A stretch of DNA of 64,000 bases, taken from positions 171,926,001 through 171,990,000 of the forward strand of contig OZ024741.1 in assembly GCA_964016885.1 (NCBI GenBank). The letters are read 5' to 3'. The translations under genes were made by a program, and so were the position numbers. The notes beneath the pieces were generated by a model. That model saw only the letters and a program-made list of their open reading frames with translations. It ran no database searches and was not told where the DNA came from. Below, in pieces: positions 29,253-43,241 of the stretch. Origin of the DNA: Eledone cirrhosa (Eukaryota). The first letter of the stretch is position 1; each line of letters starts with the position of its first letter.

Positions 29253-29932
29253 TACAGGTGAAATGTTAGGCTGTGTGGTTACTGAAAACGAAGCGTTAGA
29301 AGGTAAACGGGACGTAAACAAGAGAAGAAAAGTACCGCTTCATCAGCTGTTTATTACATATCATAGATGTTTCGGCGTTTAAAACAGATAATAGGTACGT
29401 GGCGCCCACGCCCCGTTTACCTTCTAACCCTATATATCAACATCCAAATTTTCTTATCAACTAGAAACTTTCGGACTTTCGCAGTTATCTCCCTTACACC
29501 TCTCGCACGTAATTTTGTATTGCCTGAGTGAAGTGACCGTTTCTGCGCATGCGCATCCATACGGTTGCCCTTCCTGTTCTGTATAACCATATCCATTACG
29601 AGCTGACGATCCGCTATGGTTAAACAATTGTTCTTATATATATATTCAATACATTTTTAATTACTCCCTTGTGGTAGATAAATTTGGCTGAATCGGACTG
29701 TTTTTCTATCAGCCCCGTTATTTGCCATTGTCCACTTACCACTACCCTTCTGTTAATCACGTGATAATTTTTCCATTCGAAATTATCGCTGGTAGCGGAT
29801 AACTCGGGTGAATTTATCTTGACTAAAAAGTTCTCTGAAGAACTGAGATTTTTCAGCCCTCAAAAACTGCGATTACTCTGCGAAACTGCAGCCGGGACAT
29901 CTTCTTTACCTTTCCGAAATATGATTTATATA

Positions 29933-30000
<68 letters not shown>

Positions 30001-30006
<6 letters not shown>

Positions 30007-30349
30007 TAAGTATGTATACGTACATCCATATATGTATACAGACGTACAGTAGTATGTATATATATATACATACATGCACACATATATATATGTACGTATG
30101 GATTCACCGAACATTTATTATAATGCTCGGTTTGTTTCTAAACAAACATTCCGAATTAAGCCGTACAGTGTTTAGCTCTGTACGGCATAATTCGGGCTGT
30201 TTGTTTACAAACACACCGATCATTATAATAAATGTTCGGTAAATCCATACGTACATATATATATATGTGTGTGCATCTATGTATATATATATGCATACTA
30301 CTGTACGTCTGTATACATATATGTATGTACGTATACATACTTATATTTA
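30001..30349. repeat. Imperfect palindrome with ~168-bp arms next to (TA)n
   Basis: Centre GCCGTACAG-tgtttagct-CTGTACGGC near 30173. Confidence 0.9.
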
Positions 30350-30445
30350 AGTAACAGCCGTACTAAGAGTAGAAATGAAATTTCGTTTCATTTTTTCCGT
30401 TTATATATATATATAAACGGAAAAAATGTATATATATATATATAT

Positions 30446-31310
30446 ATATGATAATAATGGAGCTGCGGCGTTGCAAATGGGTTACATATGAAAAAGTGAG
30501 TCCTTCATCAGTGACCCTCCAACCGTCCTAGGCATTTCATCGCTTTAAGGGCCATATACCTCAGGTTGGTGCGAACAACGGCTAAAAAAAGTCGTTGGGA
30601 CACGTAAATAAAGAGAACGTTAGGGTGAACAAACAAAATGGTTTAAGCAACAGAAAGTGAGAAGAAAGAGACAAGTCCCAGATTTCTATGAATATAAACT
30701 CGATAAAATCGTGAACTAGAGAATAAAGACCATCAAACCTGGTTGAAATGTGAGCAAGGAAGGAATTTCGCACAGGTCTAACGGGGGGAAGAAGAAGGGG
30801 TCTGGTCTGCGAATTCGGTGAACATAAGTTCTGTGAAGACGCAGACGAGAGAGAGAGAGAAAAAAAATTTCATACCGGCTTGGCCAAGAGTGCGCGAGAA
30901 AAGAAATCGGACAGGTCAAGCGGTAAGAAAGAGGAGAGGAGGAGAGGTAGTGACAGGGTATGAGTGAGTGAAAGTTGAGGAAGAGGCTAACAGAGAGAGA
31001 GACTGCTAGAAAGGGTAAAGATACAAAGAACGAAACAGACGGGTGGCAGCAGAGGAAAAAATATATGTGTAAATATGATAATAATGGAGCTGCGGCGTTG
31101 CAAATGGGTTACATATGAAAAAGTGAGTCCTTCATCAGTGACCCTCCAACCGTCCTAGGCATTTCATCGCTTTAAGGGCCATATACCTCAGGTTGGTGCG
31201 AACAACGGCTAAAAAAAGTCGTTGGGACACGTAAATAAAGAGAACGTTAGGGTGAACAAACAAAATGGTTTAAGCAACAGAAAGGGAGAAGAAAGAGACA
31301 AGTCCCAGAT
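30446..31310. mobile_element. Non-coding element with 238-bp direct terminal repeats in TA context
   Basis: 30446-30683 and 31073-31310 differ at about one base; 627-bp period; CUGAUGA on the minus strand of each repeat. Confidence 0.75.
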
Positions 31311-31578
31311 ATATATACATAAAGAGAAGAAGCGGGAACATTATTCTCTGAAAATTCCTTAAACTCTGAAGAGAGGAATTGTAGGTCCCGAAATATTAGG
31401 ACGGAAGAAACAACAGCAGTAATAAATAAATCAAAATACAAAACACAGATTACCAGGTAACTTTCTTTTTCGTTACCTCATCTTACAGTCCGTTTTGCAT
31501 TGTTTAGCCTTATGTCTCTTTCCACATTATATATATCATACAATGACTCAAGTAAACTGCAACATTTTATTATATATA

Positions 31579-31688
31579 TGAGTTCAAATCCCGCCGAGGT
31601 TAACTTTACTTTCATCCTTACGGGGTCGATAAAATAAAGTACCAGTAATGTACTGGGTATTTGTTGGCTTTGTGCCAAAAGTAGAAAC

Positions 31689-31692
<4 letters not shown>
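31579..31692 (+). mobile_element. 5'-truncated SINE
   Basis: Same family from the B-box onward. Confidence 0.8.
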
Positions 31693-31733
<41 letters not shown>

Positions 31734-32089
31734 AAGCGTTTATATGAAAGCATATTCTATATGTTTATATACAATAAACATACGAGAGCCTGCTATCAAA
31801 CAAAAATTTATATTTTCATTGTGAAAAATTATTGTTTCCACTTTAGCTTCGTGAACATGTGGTTGGTTATAGATAATTTGCAGTAGAATTATGACAGCGT
31901 TAAGTATAATAAGAGTGTACATGAAGGAATATATTATACGTTCATATGCAATAAACATACGATAATCTTGTTATTTTGTTTTTTCGTAGAAGAACCTGTA
32001 AAAGGGTGAACGAGGAACTTGCTTGTATAAACATTAAATGAAATTAAAAAAAAGGAAAGGGAAAGTAAAAGAAAAAAAGAGAATTAAGC

Positions 32090-33040
32090 ATTGAGAGGTG
32101 AAGAGTATACACTCCAGTCTGAACTGTGATTCATCTGCGACGCGCAAAAAGAATGGCAAAGGTATCTCCAAAGAGAACGGTAAGTGTTATTCGCTGGAAC
32201 AGCCACCTTGTCTCACGTGGCTCCTTTTTTAAGTGGGCTGCTGTCTTTCAGATTTTGCGGAGGAAATTGGCAGTGCGAGGATCTATTACCCCAGGGGGCT
32301 CAACAGTGTTCTATTAGAGCAGGGTTCTCAACGGTGATCGGTACGAAAAGGAAGCGGTCGGTGCAGTTGTGTGGGGAAGCCGGTTGCGTCGTGGCCCCTC
32401 TTGATGATGCGGTCTGAACAGCGTCACGGGAAAACTGCCCTAGGCTAAGTCAACATGATAGCGGGTGCAAGCCGAACTCGTCAACAGCAACTGCAAAATG
32501 GTATTTGTGCGGCTTGCGCATGTGGGGTCGGAGGCGCTGGGATACTCCAATGCACGTGCAATCATCATCAAGAAGGGTACTCGTTGGTGAGGAAGGCACC
32601 GAGCTGAGCAACAGCTCGCTGTTTCATTGCAAATCGAAGTGGGGGATGGGTGAAGATGTTGCTCTAAAGAAGACTCAAGCCACCTTAAGGAGACCTGCAC
32701 TTGATGTCACTCCAGTGACGTTGGACATTTGTATAATGTGAGGCATTCGTTGGTTCAATCGACGGCAGCTGACACCAGTTTCCAAGCCACATCAGGTTAT
32801 GCCGTTTTGCGAAGAATCTCACTGATCGGAGTGCGGCTGGAGCAGATTGAGAAATGTTAGGCCAGCGGTGCCAAATCTGATGCAGATTGGAGGCCGAAGT
32901 AACTGAATTTCTAAGGGAGTTTCGCCTGTTGCCAGCCGGTATTGTCGACGCTAACATTACATATGAGTTCAGCACAGCGTCTGATGGTGGCATTGAAATC
33001 GACAAGGCGATCTGTGAAAAGATGACAAGGCGCTCCACGT
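32090..33040 (-). mobile_element. CRE-like non-LTR retrotransposon 3' fragment (RLE region)
   Basis: WQQAKLP, RFVPITVE, EPRETRWLFQRITL; related to 12935-13482. Confidence 0.7.
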
Positions 33041-33137
33041 AGCTTTACTAGATTAAGTATTGAGTAATCTGGTGCGTTATGGTCTACCTGGTATCTTACC
33101 ACACCTTTTTTGTTATATATATATAAATATATATACA

Positions 33138-33168
<31 letters not shown>

Positions 33169-33237
33169 GAGGGAGAGAGAGAGAGAGGAAGGGGAGAGAG
33201 AGAGGAGGGAGAGAGAGAGAAATAGATACATATCTTT

Positions 33238-34822
33238 CTTTATTTGCCACAGGGGCGTACAAAACTGAGACATTACAAGACGTGACGGCGGAGGTTTTAC
33301 ATAAAAATAACTTTAACATTAATAAATAACAATAAACTATATATAATAAAATAACAATTGAATTCCCCAATAGAGGGAAACGTTACTGCAGGGTTGTTTT
33401 ACACCCCGTGGATAGAACAACCCTCAACACCAGGAACACGTTTTGTAGGTATTCCTGTCTTCCCACTGTTTATCTTCCTCAACCTACAGGTTTATATATA
33501 GGGCCATTTTCGCCACATTCACCCACCTTTTAGTGAATTTACTGGGGTGTAACACCCCTCTCTCTCCACTCTCATGTTCCTTCTGAAGTGTTACTTAAAG
33601 AAGGGGATAAAGGTGTTTGCCCTCGGTCCTTTTAACCTCGTCCACCATATTACCTCTTTCGCCATAGCCTCCAGACAGAGGAAAACCACCTGTCCTTTGT
33701 TCTTAAATGTCCTGCTCGCATCTTGGACAGGTCCTTTTGGCAAGATCTCTGCCAGGGCGACCGTGACTGTAGATTTTGTCTCGAACTGGTAGAGCTCCTC
33801 GGTAGCAATGCCAGGCCAGAGACCTCTGGAAGTTATCCATAGGCCCTGGACGGAAAGTCCTCCCGAACAGACTGGTCAGTTCGTCTTCCTCGATGCCTAG
33901 ATTTTCCCCGAGAAACGTCGTCGCACTTATCCTCCACTAATCCCCTATAGAATGTCGAAGTGGAATCTCCGCTGATTGCCGTTTCCGCTTGGTAGAGGGT
34001 TGTGAGCGCCTGTAGGCACTCAAGGCGCCAGGCACCCATTTTCAGTTTTCGTTTGACCCAGGACTGCAGCTCTGTTAGTGAGACGAGTTGTGGAAGAGCT
34101 TGTTTCACAAACGACAACCACACCAGTTCACCGGTCAGGAATACCTGGAGATGGCGTAGCCTCAGCGCGTGTTTGCGCATCATCAGCCACGGAATGCCCA
34201 GCCCTCCGTTAGAAGGGTGTTGACAGCAGATGGATCTCCTCACCAATAGAACTTGAAGAGGAACTTGAAGAGTAAGGCGTTCCATTTTGGTAAGGTATTC
34301 GCGGGTGCAAGGCACGACTGTCAAGCGGTAGTAGATGACGGACGCTATGCAAGTGTTCGCCACCTCCGCTTGACCTTTCAAGGAGAGTTTGCACTCAGCC
34401 CACTTCTGGGTGAATGCAAACACCTTCGCCGTGACCTCGTTCCAGTTCTTGTCCACCTGGAGGTCTGGACCAAACCAGACCCGGAGCATTTTCACCGGTC
34501 CTTCGGTCCAGCGCCCAACGACACTGTCGGAAGGCATGGGTTTGCCTCTCCATGTGCCGAATAGCAAACCGACAGACTTGTTTGGGTTTAGTCTTGCTCT
34601 TGTCAACGTTTCGTATTCCTGTAATAGGTTGCCGATTACCCCGATTTCCGAGGTTTTCGACACTATTACGGTTATGTCGTCGGCATAAGCCGACGCTGCT
34701 TTCCGCAGTCTTGGTTCGATCGGGATGCTCTGCAACAGCTCCAACTTCCGCAGTAACGGCTCGAGAGTCAGTACATACAGAATGGAGGAGAGAGGGCATC
34801 CCTGACGGATGGAACGCATGAT
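33238..34822 (-). mobile_element. Tx1/L1-like LINE, 5'-truncated (RT + 3' UTR)
   Basis: SIRQGCPLS, AYADDITV, GGLGIP; flanked by GATA-type repeats; 3' UTR recurs at 62910-63168. Confidence 0.88.
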
Positions 34823-35186
34823 TTGGAGATAGATAAATAGATAGATACGAGATGGGTCAGATAATTAACTGTACTTAATGTGCCGTACGAGCTATGAGTG
34901 AGCTAGGTATTAGTGGGCTGTTTCATCGTGTGACATAATATCCGCGGATTATATAACTGCGATCTCAGCTCTCTGCCGCCATTGTATTTCATAGAAGTCG
35001 TTTCCATATTAAATAAACAATGTACATTCTTTATTTAATGTATTGCGCACATTATTTAACTGTGGTCTTTCCGCTCCATTTCGAAAATTACATTCTTTGT
35101 ATCTATCTAGCTATCTTTTCGTCCGTCTAGTGTATGTGTGTGTGTGTGTATGTGAGTCTGTGTGTGTGTGTGTGTGTGTGTGTGTT

Positions 35187-35262
<76 letters not shown>

Positions 35263-37254
35263 ACACCATGGTATTTAGACTATAAACAGGTGACTAGAAG
35301 CACTCCGTTAGTCTGTATATGACTGGAACGAAGTAGTTCAGAAGTCACCCAATCAAGCAGCAAACATGAATAACGTAGTGGTAGTATTAACAGTCGTAGA
35401 AGTAGTTAACAATGTTTAAAATATACCCGGGTGTCTCGGAATAAGAAGAAAGCTACTTGATTGTCACTGAATGTGAACTAATTAGCGGAAAAATTGAAGC
35501 TTGTTGACTTTGGATATTGTTGATTATGTTCAGTATAAAGTCCTTAATCAGTCACTGTTAAAATAGAACGTGGTTAATGAAGGAAAAATTCTGGAAAGTT
35601 GTTTTGATAGCTGATGCTACTCTTTTAACGAATTTCAAGGATTTCACATGTCTGGTGTTGACAGACTGTGTACATAGAATGTGAGTACGAATGGAAAGGT
35701 ATTGATGTTGCTATATGTACTGATCAGACCCATTATACTTTCTAACCATGACCACCGCATCTGTTTTGTTTAGGTGTAGTTTTATCTATGATAATGTTAT
35801 CTAATGCGCTCTTACTTCAAGGTGCAATTAGATGGATATGTTGCTGCTATTTCTATCAGGTTGTTATAATTGCCAAACTCGTCTTTAGAGCACTAATTTT
35901 AAATTCGACTTTGCTTTTGATCTTTTCGGAGTCGATAACATTAATAATTAGTCTAGGGCGGCCGATTTGTGGAATTGTTAGAGCAGCTGACGAGATGGCC
36001 TTGAAAAGAATCATGGGAACGGCCATTCTTCCCTAACTAAACAGTAGAAAGAAATAGACGATGTCATAGACGTCTATCAACATTCGACTTCTATGTTGCT
36101 GTTATTTAGATTCATAACAGCTCTTATTGAACAGACCTATTATGAAAGATGTTCCAGCCGTATCTTTTGTGTCTACATCGCGCGATTTGAAACCACTACC
36201 TGGTTTTGGGTGCTTCTATCCAATTGCACTCTGTTCCAGCATTTGGGATAGGTTTCCAGTTTTATAACTGCTTTCATTTTTTACAACCCGCTTTGAAGCT
36301 ACTCTCCCCACCCCCAACTGAAATTGTAAAAAATGTATTTACTATTATCTATGACTACATTATTGAATGTTTCGTTTCTGTTTTGTGACGATCTAGTAGA
36401 ACTTGCAAGTAAGTTGGTTGTTATATCTAGCAGATTAATCGACCATATAAAAGTTCCATCGATGACTTAAAACTGTTGTTACTGCTGTTGTTCTTGTTAA
36501 TTAACCCCAGAACATGATTGATCCAACAACCTTATATACAAAGGTTTACCACCTGCAATCACCCCATGATTTTTGCCAGGCATTGTTTATCTAAAGCCAC
36601 TTCCTTCACCGTCACTATCATCATCACATTGTTAAAACGTACATCAGCATGGTCGCTATCTCTAACGGTTTCCTTTGAATAAATTAGAAAATCTTTCAGT
36701 TGGACCAATCAGAATGGGATTCTGTTTGATAAATCAGAGATGGATTAAACCGGTAGGTAAAATTTTAATAAGACCAATCAGATTGGTATAATCAGAGAAT
36801 TTCTTGCAAAAAGTTTTTAAAATACGTTTTAGAACTAGATGAATTGTGGTGAGGAAGAAAGATTATTATGTATTTACCAATATTATTTTCATCACTTTAT
36901 CAAGTACGTAGACGTCTCCGGACATGTTTCATGGTAATTGTCCTTATTGTCAAAGTATACGCTTCAACGTATGTGCCTTGGCGCTGAAGCAATGAGAGAT
37001 TAAGAAAGTAAAAATATAAAATAATATTCACTGGAAGACGTAGAGAAATATAACTGTTCAAATAAAACATTTTTTATATTTCTACACAAAAGACTGTACA
37101 GTTGAGCTGTTGTGTGCTGAGATGCAATGTATAACAGTTTCTTAATAAATGAGTAAGCCATATGATTGAAAATAATACTTTTATTCCATTTAGGTGAGGC
37201 ATAATTGGTGATGTATATGGCTCCATTAGTATCTACTTTTATGGATATTTATAC

Positions 37255-37324
<70 letters not shown>

Positions 37325-37333
<9 letters not shown>

Positions 37334-38071
37334 TAAACGGAATAGAAAATGCTGACAAATTGTTCACAGTTGAAAAATGGTTTAATTAGGAATGAAAGAG
37401 TATTAGTGATTGTATGGGTTAGTATTCAGTTGTGGTTTTAAGTTTTTAAGTTTTTACCGGTTGCGCATTTCTAAATGCTTTTCAAAAATAATTTTGAGAT
37501 AGAGTGTCCGTGCTGTTTGCTCTGATCTGATTAGTTTGGGGAATTCTACCTGTTTTTATGTTAAAAAAGTGGCTCCAGCGTTACTTTGGTGTTGCAAAAA
37601 TTCTTGTGGTCAAAACAATTTTGATTGGGCGGTAGAGGTCTTGTGAATGTAAAAAATTGATTTTGCGCCAAGACTGTTTTTATGTTAAAAAAGTGGCTCC
37701 AGCGCTACTTGGTGTTTGCAAAAATTCTTGTGGTCAAAACAATTTTGATTGGTCGGTAGAGGTCATGTGAATAAAAAATTGGTTTTGCGCCAAGATTGAG
37801 AAATGACTCTTTCACAACAAATATGTGTGTGTGTGTGTGTGTGTAGTAGTAGTAGTAGTAGTAGTAAGGTGTTCGATGTTGTGATAATAGTTAGCAGGGA
37901 TGTGTGTCAAATGGCTATTAAGATAAGTGCGTGTGTGTGTGTGTGTGTGTGTGTGTATAGCAGAGTAATTCGTGGTAGCAGGGATGGTCAGTAAGAATGT
38001 GTCTGAACACACACACACACACATATATACACACACACTTACACACGCGTACATTAACATACAAAGAGACT

Positions 38072-38115
<44 letters not shown>

Positions 38116-38322
38116 TTTCTCCGTATAAGACAAAAGCTGAAAAATATCTTTTGACATGCTAAAATACCCCCCATTGCTTTCAGACACATTCTTACTGACC
38201 ATCCCTGCTACCACGAATTACTCTGCTATACACACATACACACACACACACTTATCTTAATAGCCATTTGACACACATCCATGCTAACCATTATCACAAC
38301 ATCGAACACCTTACTACTACTA

Positions 38323-38360
<38 letters not shown>

Positions 38361-38857
38361 TTGTTGTGAAAGAGTCATTTCTCAATCTTGGCGCAAAACC
38401 AATTTTTTATTCACATGACCTCTACCGACCAATCAAAATTGTTTTGACCACAAGAATTTTTGCAAACACCAAGTGGCGCTGGAGCCACTTTTTTAACATA
38501 AAAACAGTCTTGGCGCAAAATCAATTTTTTTACATTCACATGACCTCTACCGACCAATCAAAATTGTTTTCACCACAAGAATTTTTGCAACACCAAAGTA
38601 ACGCTGGAGCCACTTTTTTAACATAAAAACAGGTAGAATTCCCAAAACTAATCAGATCAGAGCAAACAGCACGGACACTCTATCTCAAAATTATTTTTGA
38701 AAAGCATTTAGAAATGCGCAACCGGTAAAAACTTAAAAACTTAAAACCACAACTGAATACTAACCCATACAATCACTAATACTCTTTTATTCCTAGTTAA
38801 ACCATTTTTCAACTGTGAACAATTTGTCAGCATTTTCTAATCCGTTTACCAATATAT
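37325..38857. repeat. Inverted repeat with ~680-bp arms and ~170-bp spacer, abutting (TA)n
   Basis: 37325-38007 is the reverse complement of 38179-38857 with scattered differences; each arm has an internal ~125-bp tandem duplication. Confidence 0.92.
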
Positions 38858-38885
38858 AATAACTTGTGTTACACCTCTATTCTTT

Positions 38886-38945
<60 letters not shown>

Positions 38946-38949
<4 letters not shown>

Positions 38950-39287
38950 AACTCTGGATGTCGGTGAGCATGTCCAGCTAACCTCAGTCTCCTCTGTGTC
39001 ACTTTTGAGCTGACTTTTGGGATGCTCCCATAGAGCTCTGAGTTTTTCATCCTCAGTGTATACTGATTAATGTTCAGAGCCATCCTCAGCATTCTCGTGT
39101 AGCACCCATCCACCATCTCCTTTGGGAGCTCCTACATGGACACACTAGAAGAGGAAGACCAAGGTTAACGTATGTTGATGCCCTAAGGACAGACACTGGT
39201 CTATTGGAGACGCAGGACATGGCAGCGATAATGAGGGACAGAGACCGCTGGAGAGAACTCGTCCATGGATCTCGGGAATTTTACCCG

Positions 39288-39290
<3 letters not shown>
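38946..39290. mobile_element. RTE/RTE-X-like LINE 3' end with an inverted 5' part, inserted in (TA)n
   Basis: Minus 38946-39116: DGCYTRMLRMALNI..RRLRLAGH..HPELT; plus 39123-39290: WELLHGHTRRGRPRLTYVDAL..DRDRWR. Confidence 0.8.
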
Positions 39291-39343
<53 letters not shown>

Positions 39344-39345
<2 letters not shown>

Positions 39346-39434
39346 ACGTTATTCCGGGTTGAATCGGAGGTAACCACAGTAAGTAAGGTGATGATTTCTC
39401 AAGAATAAAATAGTTCTACTCCTGTAGAATCTCA

Positions 39435-39445
<11 letters not shown>
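39344..39445 (+). mobile_element. Non-coding mini-element, family C (deleted copy)
   Basis: Homologous to 43658-43849; between (TA)n tracts. Confidence 0.7.
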
Positions 39446-40720
<1,275 letters not shown>

Positions 40721-40837
40721 GCTCTGATTAATGATTATTTGCTTAATTAATTCTTCATTGAGCCATACTGTGAAAGGTAGTCAAACTCATAAATGTATCT
40801 GTGACTATGTCTAATTATATACATATATCCCTTTGAA

Positions 40838-40881
<44 letters not shown>

Positions 40882-40890
<9 letters not shown>

Positions 40891-41267
40891 TAAAAAAATA
40901 ATGAATAAAACAAAGAAACAGTTCCTTATATTAAACAAAAAAAGTTCATTATTTTACGATCGTTTCTAGGACATATATGTGTTAGAATTGGCATGCATAT
41001 TCAAAAGATCTATGTACAAAATTATACAAACTATCAAGGAGAATATACATACCATCACATATATATGCTGTCTTCAGACAGCATATATATGTGATGGTAT
41101 GTATATTCTCCTTGATAGTTTGTATAATTTTGTACATAGATCTTTTGAATATGCATGCCAATTCTAACACATATATGTCCTAGAAACGATCGTAAAATAA
41201 TGAACTTTTTTTGTTTAATATAAGGAACTGTTTCTTTGTTTTATTCATTATTTTTTTAATATTTTAT
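40882..41267. repeat. Perfect palindrome with 192-bp arms and a 2-nt centre, starting at (TA)n
   Basis: Centre 41074-41075; the ORF track gives near-identical peptides on both strands; truncated HHR on the minus strand (CUGAAGA..GAAAC-GAUC-GUA). Confidence 0.95.
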
Positions 41268-41398
41268 CTTGACTCTGTATTCAGTTTATCTTTCACCGGA
41301 AGTGATTTTTGAATGCATCTCTTCTTTCCATGATATCCGGATTACATTGAGTTCTTCATACGGATTGGACACTACCGTAAACTTTTGGTAGATTTATC

Positions 41399-41459
<61 letters not shown>

Positions 41460-41539
41460 TTATTTATAAATGAAGTAATTCCGTCGGAAAAGTCCGTCGG
41501 AAAAGTCCAGTTTATTACATAACTATATATATATATATA

Positions 41540-42452
41540 TATAAGGAATTTATATCTAGTAACATTTATATACACACAGATGCATATCAATGCTAGCAAA
41601 TATATAGGTTTTGTCTTATTAACAATGTGGTTCAATGCATGGGGTTGCAGAACAATAATATGAGAGACGTAAAATAAGAAAATTATAAAATTAACTTACT
41701 TACTAAAAAATCACTTCCAACTAATTAGTTTCTGGAATGGAGTAAATATATTTTCCGAAGAAACATATAGAAAATCATTCCGTCATCAGGAAAGTCTTTT
41801 TCCGTATAGGTCTCCAGGCATAGCGAGGACACTGGAAACTTATTAAAAAAATAATTCAGTTGAATGGAAATAGCGATGCGTGGACTGGATTCCAAGCCAT
41901 TGAGAAAATCACTGCCTCTACGTCCGTGGCAAATTCAAAAAGAATCAATCACGTGACATCGAGGTCAATCAGTGGAAAGCGAGTGGTTATTAAGACAGCG
42001 GCTAGCTTACTACCATAGTAGCAATCATGGCCAAATATTGCTCGACAAATGAATTGGAGATAATTATAAGGAATTTATATCTAGTAACATTTATATACAC
42101 ACAGATGCATATCAATGCTAGCAAATATATAGGTTTTGTCTTATTAACAATGTGGTTCAATGCATGGGGTTGCAGAACAATAATATGAGAGACTTAAAAT
42201 AAGAAAATTATTCTCAATGGCTTGGAATCCAGTCCACGCATCGCTATTTCCATTCCACTGAATTATTTTTTTAATAAGTTTCCAGTGTCCTCGCTATGCC
42301 TGGAGACCTATACGGAAAAAGACTTTCCTGATGACGGAATGATTTTCTATATGTTTCTTTGGAAAATATATTTACTCCATTCCAGAAACTAATTAGTTGG
42401 AAGTGATTTTTTAGTAAGTAAGTTAATTTTATAATTTTCTTATTTTACGTCT

Positions 42453-42456
<4 letters not shown>
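41540..42456. mobile_element. Non-coding mini-PLE-like element: ~526-bp unit with ~146-bp terminal direct repeat plus an inverted ~245-bp segment
   Basis: 41540-41686 repeats at 42066-42211; 42211-42456 is the inverse of ~41662-41907; both ends in (TA)n. Confidence 0.85.
42322..42404 (+). ncRNA. Type I hammerhead motif (mirror copy 41713-41795, minus strand)
   Basis: actttc-CUGAUGA-ggaaug/cauucc-GAAA-cuaauua-GUU-ggaagt; palindromic stem III. Confidence 0.75.
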
Positions 42457-42492
<36 letters not shown>

Positions 42493-42557
42493 ATGTCCCA
42501 AGGCTATGATACCATCAACACCATAAACACAGAGCTGGCATATCTAAGAACTGACTA

Positions 42558-42613
42558 ACTGCCTGATGACGTCATAGCCACTCAATGGCTATCGTCGAAA
42601 TATATACAGCAGT
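42558..42613 (+). ncRNA. Hammerhead motif, probably inactive (ACA at the cleavage triplet)
   Basis: actgc-CUGAUGA-auagcca/uggcuau-GAAA-uauau-ACA-gcagt. Confidence 0.65.
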
Positions 42614-42654
42614 AAATAAAGGATTATGAGTTCATGCAATTGACTTATGTTTCG

Positions 42655-42700
<46 letters not shown>

Positions 42701-43204
42701 CGAAACATAAGTCAATATACATATATATATATATATATATATGCAAACACCATTAAGTGAACACAATATGTTTTACTCTGGAGAATATTTAAAGTATACG
42801 CCCACCTTGTTATTCTAAATATTTTGCTGTATTCATTGTCGTGAGACCATTGTTCAATTAATATTTGCTGTTATACATATAGGAACATATGCTTTAATAT
42901 ATTATACTCACTGTAATGTAAACAAATTTATATTCTACGCTTTATATTGTACTGATTAATTTACGTATGTGCAGACATAGCTGTGTGGTTAAAGAGCTGA
43001 CTTCACAATCACGATGCATCACGTTTGATCCCACAACTTGGCACTTTGGGCGGCAAAATGTATTGTATTATACACCGAGTTGACCTATGCATTGTGAATG
43101 AAATGTTATACACAGAAATTGTCCTGAAACCTGTCGTGACTAAAAGAATTAACATACCTTCCTACCGTAAACAGCTTTTCCCGTTTCTTCCTCTGCTTAC
43201 TCTC

Positions 43205-43241
<37 letters not shown>

